From contig NZ_CP007754.1 in assembly GCF_000757865.1 (NCBI RefSeq), forward strand, positions 600,001-632,000: a stretch of 32,000 bases of DNA. The letters run 5' to 3'. Source of the DNA: Prochlorococcus sp. MIT 0801. GTDB lineage: Bacteria; Cyanobacteriota; Cyanobacteriia; PCC-6307; Cyanobiaceae. The notes below the pieces were generated by a model. That model searched no databases. It saw nothing but the letters and a program-made list of their open reading frames with translations, and had not been told where the DNA came from. Positions 1-8,587 of the stretch are shown piece by piece. Numbering within the stretch: position 1 is the first letter of the stretch; each line of letters starts with the position of its first letter. Both the position numbers and the translations under genes were made by a program.

Positions 1-201
1 CTAAAAGATTCTTCATCTAGTCCAATTGCTGTGGGCTTTGGAATTTCGGAGGTAAAACATATTGAACAAGTTAGAGAATGGGGCGCTGATGGCGCAATTG
101 TTGGTAGTGCTTTAGTTAAAAGAATTGCTAATGCCTCGATCGAAATGAAAGTCGAAGAAGCAGGTTCTTTTTGTAAAGAACTAAGAGCCGCAACTAATTA
201 A
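1..201 (+). CDS. trpA: tryptophan synthase alpha chain, C-terminal fragment (5' end lies outside the window)
   Basis: Frame 1 is open from base 1 to TAA at 199-201. The translation ...[35 protein letters not shown]... matches the conserved TrpA C-terminal GFGI and DGxIVGSA segments. Confidence 0.8.
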   Translation, partial: LKDSSSSPIAVGFGISEVKHIEQVREWGADGAIVGSALVKRIANASIEMKVEEAGSFCKELRAATN

Positions 202-293
202 TATTTTTTTAAATAGCAACAGATCAAGCTGAATATTGAATTCTTATATATGTTTTATCTTGAGAAAGGTTGTCTTTATTCAACTTGAAAACT

Positions 294-563
294 ATGGATC
301 AATTTGTCCTTTGGGGGTCTTACTGTGAAGATGCTCTACTAAAGAGAAAACCTTTTAGGGAAGAGCATCTTCAAAGGCTCTCATTACTTAAGGAAAAAGG
401 TATATTAATAACTTTAGGACCGACAAAATGTAATAGATATGTTTTTGGGATATTTAAATCTGAGACTATTGAAAATATAAGAAGTCTTATCAAAGAGGAC
501 GTTTACTGGAGAGAGGGGATATGGACTGATTTCGAAATTTACTCTTGGACCCAAGCTTTTTGA
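294..563 (+). CDS. YciI-like small protein
   Basis: The track ORF 270-563 begins at TTG. The in-frame ATG at 294 gives MDQFVLWGSYCEDALLKRKPFREEHLQRL..., an N-terminus typical of YciI/DGPF-fold proteins of about 90 aa. The start choice is uncertain. Confidence 0.65.
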   Translation: MDQFVLWGSYCEDALLKRKPFREEHLQRLSLLKEKGILITLGPTKCNRYVFGIFKSETIENIRSLIKEDVYWREGIWTDFEIYSWTQAF

Positions 564-889
564 GCTTGTTCCCAGACCCAATTAGCTACAATCTGATCGC
601 CATTATCTCCTAATTTATCTTCATAACCACTCATTATTCCTAACCCTTGTCTAGCTATCTTCGCTATAGCTTCTGGATTGTCAATTCCATTACGTTTTAA
701 TGATGAAATCTTCAAATTCTTTGATCTTCTTAGTATGTTCCCGCCATTAATGTGGCATCCAGCACAGTTGTGTTTGAAAATACTTTCCCCTAAATCTGCC
801 TCAATAGCATTTAGCTCTTTTGGTAAACTTAGATAAAAAAAGGTGAAACAAAAGATGATTAGAAAAAAACCTCTTAAATATTTTTTCAT
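539..889 (-). CDS. c-type monohaem cytochrome, cytochrome c6-like (c6B/c6C-type), with signal peptide
   Basis: The ATG at 889 gives MKKYLRGFFLIIFCFTFFYLSLP..., a hydrophobic signal sequence. A CAGCH haem-binding motif and a downstream Met region (GIMSGY) are present. The track ORF extends to 958, but that extension has no signal-peptide logic. Confidence 0.75.
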   Translation of the reverse strand: MKKYLRGFFLIIFCFTFFYLSLPKELNAIEADLGESIFKHNCAGCHINGGNILRRSKNLKISSLKRNGIDNPEAIAKIARQGLGIMSGYEDKLGDNGDQIVANWVWEQAQKAWVQE

Positions 890-902
890 AGTCTTATAAA
901 TC

Positions 903-1235
903 TTATTTATCGAAATTAATTTTTGAAAGATCCTCACAAATTTCGTCAAGAAGATCAAGTTGCCCCGAAGAATTTAAGTCAAAAATTTTCTTTGATTTCT
1001 CTCCTCCACCGTTTGTCCATAACTTTTCAACTTCACAAAGCCTATTTGCAATTTTTGGAATGCCACCAGAACTAAAATCTTTTTTTAAAGATTCAATTAA
1101 AGTTTGCATTCTTGCGGAAGGGAGATGAAGACTTTGGCAAAGTTCTGATTGTGTTCTACCTGTGTGCTTCAACCAGTCTTTGATTAGAAGTACTAAATCC
1201 TTTTCTATATCTTTTGACCAGCGTTCTTTGCTCAT
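903..1235 (-). CDS. small conserved hypothetical protein with a helix-turn-helix-like segment
   Basis: The ORF is intact. The segment GRTQSELCQSLHLPSARMQTLIESL resembles an HTH. The ATG at 1235 overlaps the upstream TGA as ATGA, and an alternative ATG lies at 1247. I recognise no named family. Confidence 0.5.
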   Translation of the reverse strand: MSKERWSKDIEKDLVLLIKDWLKHTGRTQSELCQSLHLPSARMQTLIESLKKDFSSGGIPKIANRLCEVEKLWTNGGGEKSKKIFDLNSSGQLDLLDEICEDLSKINFDK

Positions 1236-1597
1236 AGTGGAAACCATTTATCCAGCTTTGATTTTGCTTTGAATTTTATCTCTGGAGTAATGTGATGTTG
1301 CCATAGACTAATTACAGCTGTTAAGGCCACAAGATCATCGCTAAAACCTGAGGCAGGAATAAAGTCGGGAATTAAATCAAAAGGAACAATTAAATAAGTA
1401 AGTGCTCCCATAATGGATAACCTCACCTGAGGAGGAGTTGAATTATCCATGATGAGTTCAAATCCTTCTAAAGCAGGCTGTGCAATTACTCTGCCTGCTC
1501 TTAATAAGATCTTTTTAAGTACCCCCTCATCGATAACAGAACTTTCAAGTACTTCTGCTTCAAAAACTTCTTTATTGGAGTCTCTTGAACTAACCAC
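1232..1597 (-). CDS. DUF1232 (YkvA-like) membrane protein
   Basis: The C-terminal motif YLIVPFDLIPDFIPASGFSDDLVAL is the DUF1232 signature. The track ORF runs up to 1732 but overlaps the sigma gene. The GTG at 1597 lies 2 nt past the sigma stop and is the most plausible start. ATG at 1450 is an alternative. Confidence 0.55.
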   Translation of the reverse strand: MVSSRDSNKEVFEAEVLESSVIDEGVLKKILLRAGRVIAQPALEGFELIMDNSTPPQVRLSIMGALTYLIVPFDLIPDFIPASGFSDDLVALTAVISLWQHHITPEIKFKAKSKLDKWFPL

Positions 1598-1599
1598 AA

Positions 1600-2523
1600 T
1601 TAAATACTTGACTCTAAAAGACCACTTTGAACCCCTGTCTTTCTTAATTTTCTTAATGCACGTTGAACTACTTGTCTGCAATATTCTCTGCTGCAATTCA
1701 TTTGTCTGGCGACTTCCGCTAGCGTCCTCCATTCATTTGAACCATCAAGACCAAATCGAAGACTTAGTATCGTTCGCTCTTTGGGGGTGAGATTTGATTT
1801 TTCCAATAAAGACCAAGCTGATGCACTCCTTTCGGCTAATTCAGCAAGTTCCATGGGAGGTGCTTCCTCACTTGGAAGAATATCCACAAGCTCAGAGGGC
1901 TCTGCTTTGGATTTGATTGCACCTTGCAAGCTAACTGTAATACTTCTCAATTCGCATGCAAGCAATTCTTCTACTTCTTCTAAAGGGATTTTCATCTGTG
2001 TGGCTATTTGGTTGGTTGAGGGATGAACTCCAAGTTCTTGCATTAGTCGAGACTTGGCAGCACGAAGCTTTGTTAGTTTTTCATTAATGTTTACAGGGAT
2101 TCGTATGGTTCTACTTTGCGTTGACAGCGCTCTATTTAGTCCTTGTCTAATCCACCAGTAAGCATAAGTTGAAAATCGATGCCCCCTTTTTGGATCGTAT
2201 TTTTCAACAGCTCTCGTTAACCCTAAGGTGCCTTCTTGAATTAAATCAAGAAGGTCAAGCCCTTTTCCTTGATAGCGCTTGGCTAAATTCACAACAAGCC
2301 TCAAATTTGCTGTGATCATTTGATTCTTGGCCCGCTCACCTGCTTTAAGCCTTTTTTTCTCTGCGCTTGAATATTCGCACTCTGGCCCATTTCCTCCAGC
2401 TTGTTGGCAGCGTTCATTAAGTGCAACCATTGATTGCACTTCTCTACCCAATGTGAGTTCTTGCTCTGGTGTGAGCAATTCGTGTTTTCCTATTTCTCCA
2501 AGAAAGTCGCTTAAAGAACTCAC
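1600..2523 (-). CDS. RNA polymerase sigma-70 family factor, group-2-like alternative sigma with divergent region 4.2
   Basis: Region 2 ([35 protein letters not shown]), region 3 and region 4 ([28 protein letters not shown]) are all recognisable. The start is GTG (2521-2523), preceded by a strong SD. Confidence 0.9.
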   Translation of the reverse strand: MSSLSDFLGEIGKHELLTPEQELTLGREVQSMVALNERCQQAGGNGPECEYSSAEKKRLKAGERAKNQMITANLRLVVNLAKRYQGKGLDLLDLIQEGTLGLTRAVEKYDPKRGHRFSTYAYWWIRQGLNRALSTQSRTIRIPVNINEKLTKLRAAKSRLMQELGVHPSTNQIATQMKIPLEEVEELLACELRSITVSLQGAIKSKAEPSELVDILPSEEAPPMELAELAERSASAWSLLEKSNLTPKERTILSLRFGLDGSNEWRTLAEVARQMNCSREYCRQVVQRALRKLRKTGVQSGLLESSI

Positions 2524-2530
2524 GATTTAT

Positions 2531-2538
2531 TCCTCCTT
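2531..2538 (-). promoter_or_regulatory. Shine-Dalgarno sequence AAGGAGGA for the sigma factor gene
   Basis: Plus-strand TCCTCCTT at 2531-2538 reads AAGGAGGA on the minus strand. The AGGAGG core ends 8 nt upstream of the GTG start at 2523. Confidence 0.6.
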
Positions 2539-2984
2539 ATATTTATAACCTAGAGAGAAATTGTTTACTTTCAATAGGCGTAATAAAGTGTTCGGAATTT
2601 ATTAGTTATCCTTTTTTTATTCTTAATGCCTTCACAAGTTCAATTAATCCCAAAAAGTTTCCTCTGTTCTTTAATTGGGCTCTTTGAAATGAAATTAGAA
2701 GAAAAGAAATCTTAGTTGAAATATCTTAAAACAATTGATATAAAAGACATTCTTTAAAGTAATTTTATGATCTATGAAACTAGTTAAAGTCTTTTTAATC
2801 TCTAAAAATTTTGGTCAAGCGTTATACCTAATTTTTGAGAAGCGATAAATTTCCAATGATTTAAGAAAATTGGTTTGATCTGTTTTTTTCTCTTTCAAGA
2901 TGTTTTTATGAATTTAATCCTTTGCCTTTGTACTAAAGAAACTTATTTATAAGTAAAAAAATAATAGATGAGTTGGTTCTTTCC

Positions 2985-3629
2985 CTACAGATTTCTTCTG
3001 GGAGCGCCTTTTCTATTGACTAAAACTTTTAGAACTTCTGTCCATGAAACGTTTTGGTGAGCTAAGGCTACTTGGAGATGGAAAAGTATATCTGCAGCCT
3101 CATTAGCTACTGAAATTGGACTTTTATCTTTACAAGCCATTATAAATTCTGCTGTCTCTTCGCCTATCTTTTTTAGGATTTTATTATCGCCTTCCTTCAG
3201 AAGAGTATTTGTATAGCTTCCCTCCTCAGGATTATTCTTACGACTCTCTATTACTTTGAATAATTCACTACAAGCATCAGATGGAGGGTAAAGAACGTCT
3301 TCATTTGTTTCTAAATCTTTAAAAAAACAACTTCTTTTTCCTGTATGGCATGCAATTGAACCTACTTGCTCAATTGACAAAAGTATTGTATCTGTATCGC
3401 AATCAGTCCTAATTCCTTTCAATTTTTGAAAATGTCCGCTTGTTTTTCCTTTGTGCCAAAGTTCTTTTCTTGAACGACTCCAATAGTGAACTTCACCAGA
3501 TTCTAATGTTTTTGTAATGGATTCTTTGTTCATCCATGCCATCATTAAAATTGAGCCATCGAGCCAATCTTGTGCTATGGCTGGGATCAAGCCGTTTTGA
3601 TCAAAATGAAGATTATCTATAAAAAGCAT
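2985..3629 (-). CDS. hisIE: bifunctional phosphoribosyl-AMP cyclohydrolase / phosphoribosyl-ATP pyrophosphatase
   Basis: The N-terminal HisI signature ([26 protein letters not shown]) and a C-terminal HisE-like helical domain ([24 protein letters not shown]) are present. The start is ATG. Confidence 0.9.
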   Translation of the reverse strand: MLFIDNLHFDQNGLIPAIAQDWLDGSILMMAWMNKESITKTLESGEVHYWSRSRKELWHKGKTSGHFQKLKGIRTDCDTDTILLSIEQVGSIACHTGKRSCFFKDLETNEDVLYPPSDACSELFKVIESRKNNPEEGSYTNTLLKEGDNKILKKIGEETAEFIMACKDKSPISVANEAADILFHLQVALAHQNVSWTEVLKVLVNRKGAPRRNL

Positions 3630-3706
3630 TTTTAATTAAGCCAATTAGGCTTTTTAACTCTAACTATTTAAATTTAATCCTCTATTGGTTTTTTATTTAT
3701 CTTTTT

Positions 3707-4195
3707 ATGACGATTAAAGATATTCCATTTAATTGCTCAAAGCATTTTAAAGACTATCCATGTTCTCACCGTCAATGGAAACATAAAGGTCACTGTCGTT
3801 ATGTTCATGGATATAGTCGAAGCTTTACTTTTTGCTTTGCTTCAAAAAAACTTGATGAAAATGGCTTCGTTGTCGATTTCTCAAGTCTGAGACCTTTGGA
3901 AGAGCAATTAAAAGATCATTTTGATCATACTTTTCTAGTCAATTTTGATGATCCTCTTCTTGAAACTTGGAAAGACCTTCACTCTAAAGAAGTCCTAGAT
4001 CTTAGAGTTATGAACAATGTGGGTATGGAATCGACTGCTGAATTAGTGTGGGGATGGGCTAATGATTTATTATTTTCAAGAGAGAAAGGTAGATCTTGTT
4101 GTTGGAAAGCAATAGCACATGAAAATGATGTTAATTCCGCTAGTTATAGCTTCATCCCAGAGTGGTTCAATACTAAATATAGTAAGACTTCTTGA
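3707..4195 (+). CDS. 6-pyruvoyl-tetrahydropterin synthase / QueD family (COG0720-like) protein, atypical metal motif
   Basis: By-eye similarity to the PTPS/QueD fold: CRYVHGYS aligns to the family C-x3-H-G-H motif, followed by VVDFSSL and FDHTFLVN segments. The start is ATG. Confidence 0.65.
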   Translation: MTIKDIPFNCSKHFKDYPCSHRQWKHKGHCRYVHGYSRSFTFCFASKKLDENGFVVDFSSLRPLEEQLKDHFDHTFLVNFDDPLLETWKDLHSKEVLDLRVMNNVGMESTAELVWGWANDLLFSREKGRSCCWKAIAHENDVNSASYSFIPEWFNTKYSKTS

Positions 4196-4220
4196 TGAAA
4201 TACGATTAAAGTTTTATTTT

Positions 4221-6812
4221 TTAGTTGAAAATTAATTTTGATTCTTTATTCTCTATTTTTATGGTGCTTCCATTTTTATATTTGCCTTTAAGAATATATT
4301 TTGCTATTTCACTTTCTATTTCTTTTTGAATAACTCTTTTTAAGGGCCTAGCACCATAGCTTGGATTGTATCCAATTTCAGTAATCAAAGATAGGACATT
4401 ATCATCAATTTCAAGCTCGATTCCTTTCGCTTCTAATCTTTCTCTTAAACGGTTTAATTGTAAATTGACTACTTTAAGAAGAGTTTCTTTTTTAAGTGGT
4501 TCGAAATTAATTATTTCATCAAGTCTGTTTAGGAACTCAGGTCTGAAATTTGATTTTAGCTCTTGATTAATAAGTTCATCTATATTTGTAGATAGATTAT
4601 TCGTCATATCCTTATCAGCGATTAATTCGCTTCCTAAATTACTGGTGAGAATGATAATAGTGTTTTTGAAGTTTGTTGTTCTTCCTTGACCATCAGTTAC
4701 TCGGCCCTCGTCAAGTATTTGTAGCAATATATTGAAAACATCTTTATGTGCTTTTTCAATTTCATCGAATAGCAAAACGCAGTAAGGTTTTCTTCTGATT
4801 GCTTCTGTTAATTGTCCACCTGCTTCGTAGCCGACGTAACCAGGAGGCGCGCCAATTAGGCGACTTATAGAGTGCTTTTCCATATATTCAGACATGTCAA
4901 TTCTAATGAGGGCATTATCACTATCAAAAAGTTGAGAAGCTAAAGACTTAGACAATTCTGTTTTCCCAACGCCTGTTGGTCCTAAAAATAAAAAACTTGC
5001 GATTGGTCTGTTTGGATCACTAAGTCCTGTCCTAGATCTTTGTATAGCGGAAGATATTGATTGGACGGCTTTATTTTGACCAATAACTTTTTTTTGCAGC
5101 TCAGATTCAAGATTGAGTAATTTTTCAATTTCAGTTTGAGCAAGCCTTTTAACTGGGATAGATGTCCACTTCGCAATTATTTCAGCTACATCATCAGCTA
5201 CAACCTCTTCTCTCAAAAGTGATTTTTCTGCATTTTGAGAAGAATTTTTTAAATTCAGTTCTTTAGATTTTAAATTTTGTTGATAATTCACAAGGGTGCC
5301 GTATTCAAGTTCAGCAGCCCTGTTGAGGTCATAATTCCTTTTTGCTTTTTCTATTTCAAGTTGTACTTTCTCAATTTCTTCTTTAAGTGTTGAAATTTCT
5401 TCGATTGATTCTTTTTCTTGTTTCCATTTCTTATTTACTTCTATTTGATTTTTTGTTAATAAAGCTAGTTCTGCAGAAATTAATTCGAGTCTCTCTTTAC
5501 TTGAAATATCTGATTCACCTTCCAAAGATAATTTCTCCATCTCAAGTTGGATGATTTTTCTATCAATCTCATCAATTTCTTCTGGTTTTGATGTTATTTC
5601 CATCTTTAAACGTGAGGCTGATTCATCTATTAGATCAATAGCTTTATCAGGTAAAAACCTCTCGGGTATATACCTATCACTCAATATCGCCGCAGCTATT
5701 AGGGCGTTATCAGAGATACGAACACCATGATGAACTTCATATCTTTCTTTTAGTCCACGTAATATCGAAATCGTATCTTGAACTGAGGGTTCTTTTACAA
5801 GTATTTGCTGAAATCTTCTTTCCAGAGCAGGGTCTTTCTCAAAATTTTCTCTATGTTCATTGATGGTTGTTGCTCCAATACATCTCAGTTCACCTCTAGC
5901 AAGCATTGGTTTAAGTAGGTTACTAGCGTCCATTGCACCACCACTTGCCCCTGCTCCGACGACAGTATGTATTTCATCTATGAATAAAATTATTTTTCCT
6001 TCTGAATCTGTGACATTTTTGAGAACTGACTTAAGTCTCTCTTCAAATTCACCCCGGAATTTTGCACCTGCGATTAGTGCCCCCATGTCTAAGGAAATTA
6101 GTTGACGCTCTTCAAGGGCTGTAGGAACATCTCCGTTGATAATTCTTTGTGCTAACCCCTCAATAATTGCTGTTTTACCCACGCCAGCTTCCCCAATCAA
6201 TACGGGATTATTTTTAGTCCTGCGGCTCAGTATTTGAATCGTTCTTCGGATTTCCTCATCTCTTCCAATTACAGGATCTAATTTTCCATCTCTTGCGGCA
6301 AAAGTAAGGTCTGTGCCGTACTTTTGCAGAGCTTCGTAGCTATTTTCAGCATTTTTCTGGGTCACTTTTTTGTCACCTCTAATAGCATTTACAGCCTCAA
6401 GAAGACTGTTTTTGTGGACTTCGTTTTGTTCAAATAACCTATGACAAATTCTCTTGTCATCAAATAGGGAAATCACTAAATGTTCGCTTGAAATAAATGC
6501 ATCTTTGAAAGATTGTTGAATATTTTTTGCTCTTGAAATTGAAAACGATATGTTTTTGCCAAAGAAAATGGATTCTTGGGTCTTCAGCATTTTTGGTTGG
6601 TTTGTTATAAATTCTTCTATTTCTGTGAGTAGATTTTTTATTACCCCGCCAGATCTTTCTATTACTTTTATCGCTATTTCATTTTTCTTTAGGAGAGACC
6701 ACAAAAGATGCTCTGTTTCTAAAGTCTGATGCTTTTCAGTTAATGCTAAATCTTTTGCATCAATAATCGCTTTCCAAGCATTGTTAGTAAAATCATCAGG
6801 ATCTACCTTCAT
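4221..6812 (-). CDS. clpB: ATP-dependent chaperone ClpB
   Basis: 863 aa with a Clp N domain, two Walker A motifs ([16 protein letters not shown]), a long coiled-coil middle domain, and the C-terminal GARPLKR motif. Confidence 0.95.
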   Translation of the reverse strand: MKVDPDDFTNNAWKAIIDAKDLALTEKHQTLETEHLLWSLLKKNEIAIKVIERSGGVIKNLLTEIEEFITNQPKMLKTQESIFFGKNISFSISRAKNIQQSFKDAFISSEHLVISLFDDKRICHRLFEQNEVHKNSLLEAVNAIRGDKKVTQKNAENSYEALQKYGTDLTFAARDGKLDPVIGRDEEIRRTIQILSRRTKNNPVLIGEAGVGKTAIIEGLAQRIINGDVPTALEERQLISLDMGALIAGAKFRGEFEERLKSVLKNVTDSEGKIILFIDEIHTVVGAGASGGAMDASNLLKPMLARGELRCIGATTINEHRENFEKDPALERRFQQILVKEPSVQDTISILRGLKERYEVHHGVRISDNALIAAAILSDRYIPERFLPDKAIDLIDESASRLKMEITSKPEEIDEIDRKIIQLEMEKLSLEGESDISSKERLELISAELALLTKNQIEVNKKWKQEKESIEEISTLKEEIEKVQLEIEKAKRNYDLNRAAELEYGTLVNYQQNLKSKELNLKNSSQNAEKSLLREEVVADDVAEIIAKWTSIPVKRLAQTEIEKLLNLESELQKKVIGQNKAVQSISSAIQRSRTGLSDPNRPIASFLFLGPTGVGKTELSKSLASQLFDSDNALIRIDMSEYMEKHSISRLIGAPPGYVGYEAGGQLTEAIRRKPYCVLLFDEIEKAHKDVFNILLQILDEGRVTDGQGRTTNFKNTIIILTSNLGSELIADKDMTNNLSTNIDELINQELKSNFRPEFLNRLDEIINFEPLKKETLLKVVNLQLNRLRERLEAKGIELEIDDNVLSLITEIGYNPSYGARPLKRVIQKEIESEIAKYILKGKYKNGSTIKIENKESKLIFN

Positions 6813-7145
6813 CCTTAAAATTTATTGCCAAACTTATAATATTCATGTCTGTTAATTGTATAAATATAAGAAAACCGACCTTTCTTCACTTGATAATATA
6901 AATTTGTGAGATCAGTTTAAGTTTTTGGAACTAATTAATTGAATTTTAATATCTTAATTTTATTTACTTCAGATCTGTTATTGATATTTATAAGCAGTTT
7001 ATCCTAATTAAAATTCTCCCAAATAAAGGCGAATAAAAACTTTTTCGTAACTAAAAAAAATTCCTTTAATGTTTTTAATTGAAAAAGTTTCTCGTTTAAA
7101 AAAAATATACTCAGTGAGTTTGATTGAATTTCTAAATATCTTTTT

Positions 7146-7177
7146 CACAAAAAAAAGATGGGGTCTCCCCCATCTTT
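7146..7177 (-). terminator. rho-independent terminator downstream of petE
   Basis: The minus strand reads AAAGAUGGGG-GAGA-CCCCAUCUUU followed by a U8 tract (plus-strand A run 7149-7156). The core GC-rich 7-bp stem is 7157-7163 paired with 7168-7174. It lies about 20 nt after the petE stop. Confidence 0.8.
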
Positions 7178-7196
7178 AATAGATTTTTCTGGAGAT

Positions 7197-7547
7197 TTAG
7201 TTCACTACGATTTTACCAACCATTCCTGCACCTCTATGAGGCTCGCAGTAAAAGTCGTATGTTCCAGCTGTGCTAAAAGTCCTCTCCCAAGACTCTCCTG
7301 GGGCAAAAGCTAAATCTGGATGACTTAGGTCATCATTCCCGTCAAAAACAGCATTATGAGGGGCTAGTTTGTTATTTACAAACTTTACGGTGTCACCAGC
7401 GCTTATGTTTAGGGTGCTTGGTTCGAAAGCAAGCATTCCTGCATCTGTACCAAGCTTAACTTCAACAGTTGAAGCATTCACATTGGTTACACCAATTACT
7501 AGGAATGCAAAGAAAGCAAATAACGCTGTTGAAATCGAACGAATCAT
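7197..7547 (-). CDS. petE: plastocyanin precursor
   Basis: 116 aa with a signal peptide and type-1 copper ligands (HN...[13 protein letters not shown]). Confidence 0.9.
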   Translation of the reverse strand: MIRSISTALFAFFAFLVIGVTNVNASTVEVKLGTDAGMLAFEPSTLNISAGDTVKFVNNKLAPHNAVFDGNDDLSHPDLAFAPGESWERTFSTAGTYDFYCEPHRGAGMVGKIVVN

Positions 7548-7600
7548 GAAATTAATTCTCTTCTTTTTTAATTTTACTACTTTAGCTTCTGTTTGGCATT

Positions 7601-8587
7601 TTATTGTTTAGTTAAACCAGAATTATGTAAAACTTGACTTAACGTTTTGGCATGACTTATACCTCCAAAGGTTTCAGGAGAGGTTACGGGCTCATGTATA
7701 AAGTGTTTTTGTCTAAGACTAAATCTATCCCAATTTGTCATTTGAATTGGTAGTAATATAGTTAAAAGTTCAATAAGCCAAGGCACAATAGGGATTTGAG
7801 GGACTTTTCTCATTCCTTTCCATATTAGAAGCGTCTGAATGACTACATCAATACTTGTATAGGGTTGCCCTAAAACTAATTTTTTTATTTTAGTGGCAGA
7901 AAAAGGTTGTACAGGCTCGAAATCAGAGGTAGCTAGATGCCCGCAAATGAAAGCGATATCTGCTGCGTGAATAAAATGAAACCTTGAGGATAATTTTATC
8001 CATCTAGCCAGCCAGATCCATTTCAATGCATCTCTAAGTCCTTCGGTAAGATAACTAGTTGGAAATTTACTTTTACCGTCTAAACGTCCGCCAAAAACTA
8101 GTGTTGGGAAAACAGCTATGATCTTCGTTGCAAGCTGATGAGATTCAAGCTCTCTGAGGCATTGTGCTTTTGTTTGTATGTACTCTGTTCCATAGGTAAA
8201 AGCTTCCGGTAACAAATTTAAGTTTCTATCAAGAACACTTGCAGTTGAGAAATAAATAATTTGTTTGATATTGGAAGGATTTAGTAAATTGAGCAAATTT
8301 TTTACTGCATCAATATTGACTTCTTTCGCCCTTTTAGGATCACCCCAAGCAGTCGCAGTATGAATAACTCTGTTCACTTCTGAAATTTCTTTCTTGAACT
8401 TATTTGCTTCTCTCAAATCTCCGACTAAAAATTTAATCCTTGGGTTTTCTAAATTTATTGAAGTTATTTTTTTAGGATCTCTAACCCATAAAAATAATTC
8501 TGAAGTTGAGTTTTCGATTAGCCAATTTGCTATGTATTGCCCAACACATCCACTTGCTCCAGTAATCAGAATTATTTCGTTTTTCAA
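7601..8587 (-). CDS. NAD-dependent epimerase/dehydratase family protein (extended/atypical SDR)
   Basis: N-terminal Rossmann motif [11 protein letters not shown] and a YxxxK motif (YIQTK). The start codon is TTG and overlaps the hemE TGA. Confidence 0.75.
   Translation of the reverse strand: MKNEIILITGASGCVGQYIANWLIENSTSELFLWVRDPKKITSINLENPRIKFLVGDLREANKFKKEISEVNRVIHTATAWGDPKRAKEVNIDAVKNLLNLLNPSNIKQIIYFSTASVLDRNLNLLPEAFTYGTEYIQTKAQCLRELESHQLATKIIAVFPTLVFGGRLDGKSKFPTSYLTEGLRDALKWIWLARWIKLSSRFHFIHAADIAFICGHLATSDFEPVQPFSATKIKKLVLGQPYTSIDVVIQTLLIWKGMRKVPQIPIVPWLIELLTILLPIQMTNWDRFSLRQKHFIHEPVTSPETFGGISHAKTLSQVLHNSGLTKQ

Noticed and set aside
1598-1732. N-terminal extension of the DUF1232 ORF to an ATG at 1732.
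   Set aside because: It would overlap the last 133 nt of the sigma factor gene in another frame. The GTG at 1597, just past the sigma stop, gives a normal-sized DUF1232 protein.
1449-2548. Three plus-strand ORFs (1449-1790, 1781-2026, 2327-2548) opposite the sigma and DUF1232 genes.
   Set aside because: They are antisense to genes with unmistakable sigma-70 and DUF1232 motifs. The translations are Ser/Leu-rich with no recognisable domains.
4366-6105. Short ORFs nested in or antisense to clpB (4366-4566, 4982-5176, 5860-6105). Similar ones lie inside hemE, glgB, proA, ndhD, glk and thrS.
   Set aside because: All lie inside long genes with strong family signatures and show no independent coding evidence.
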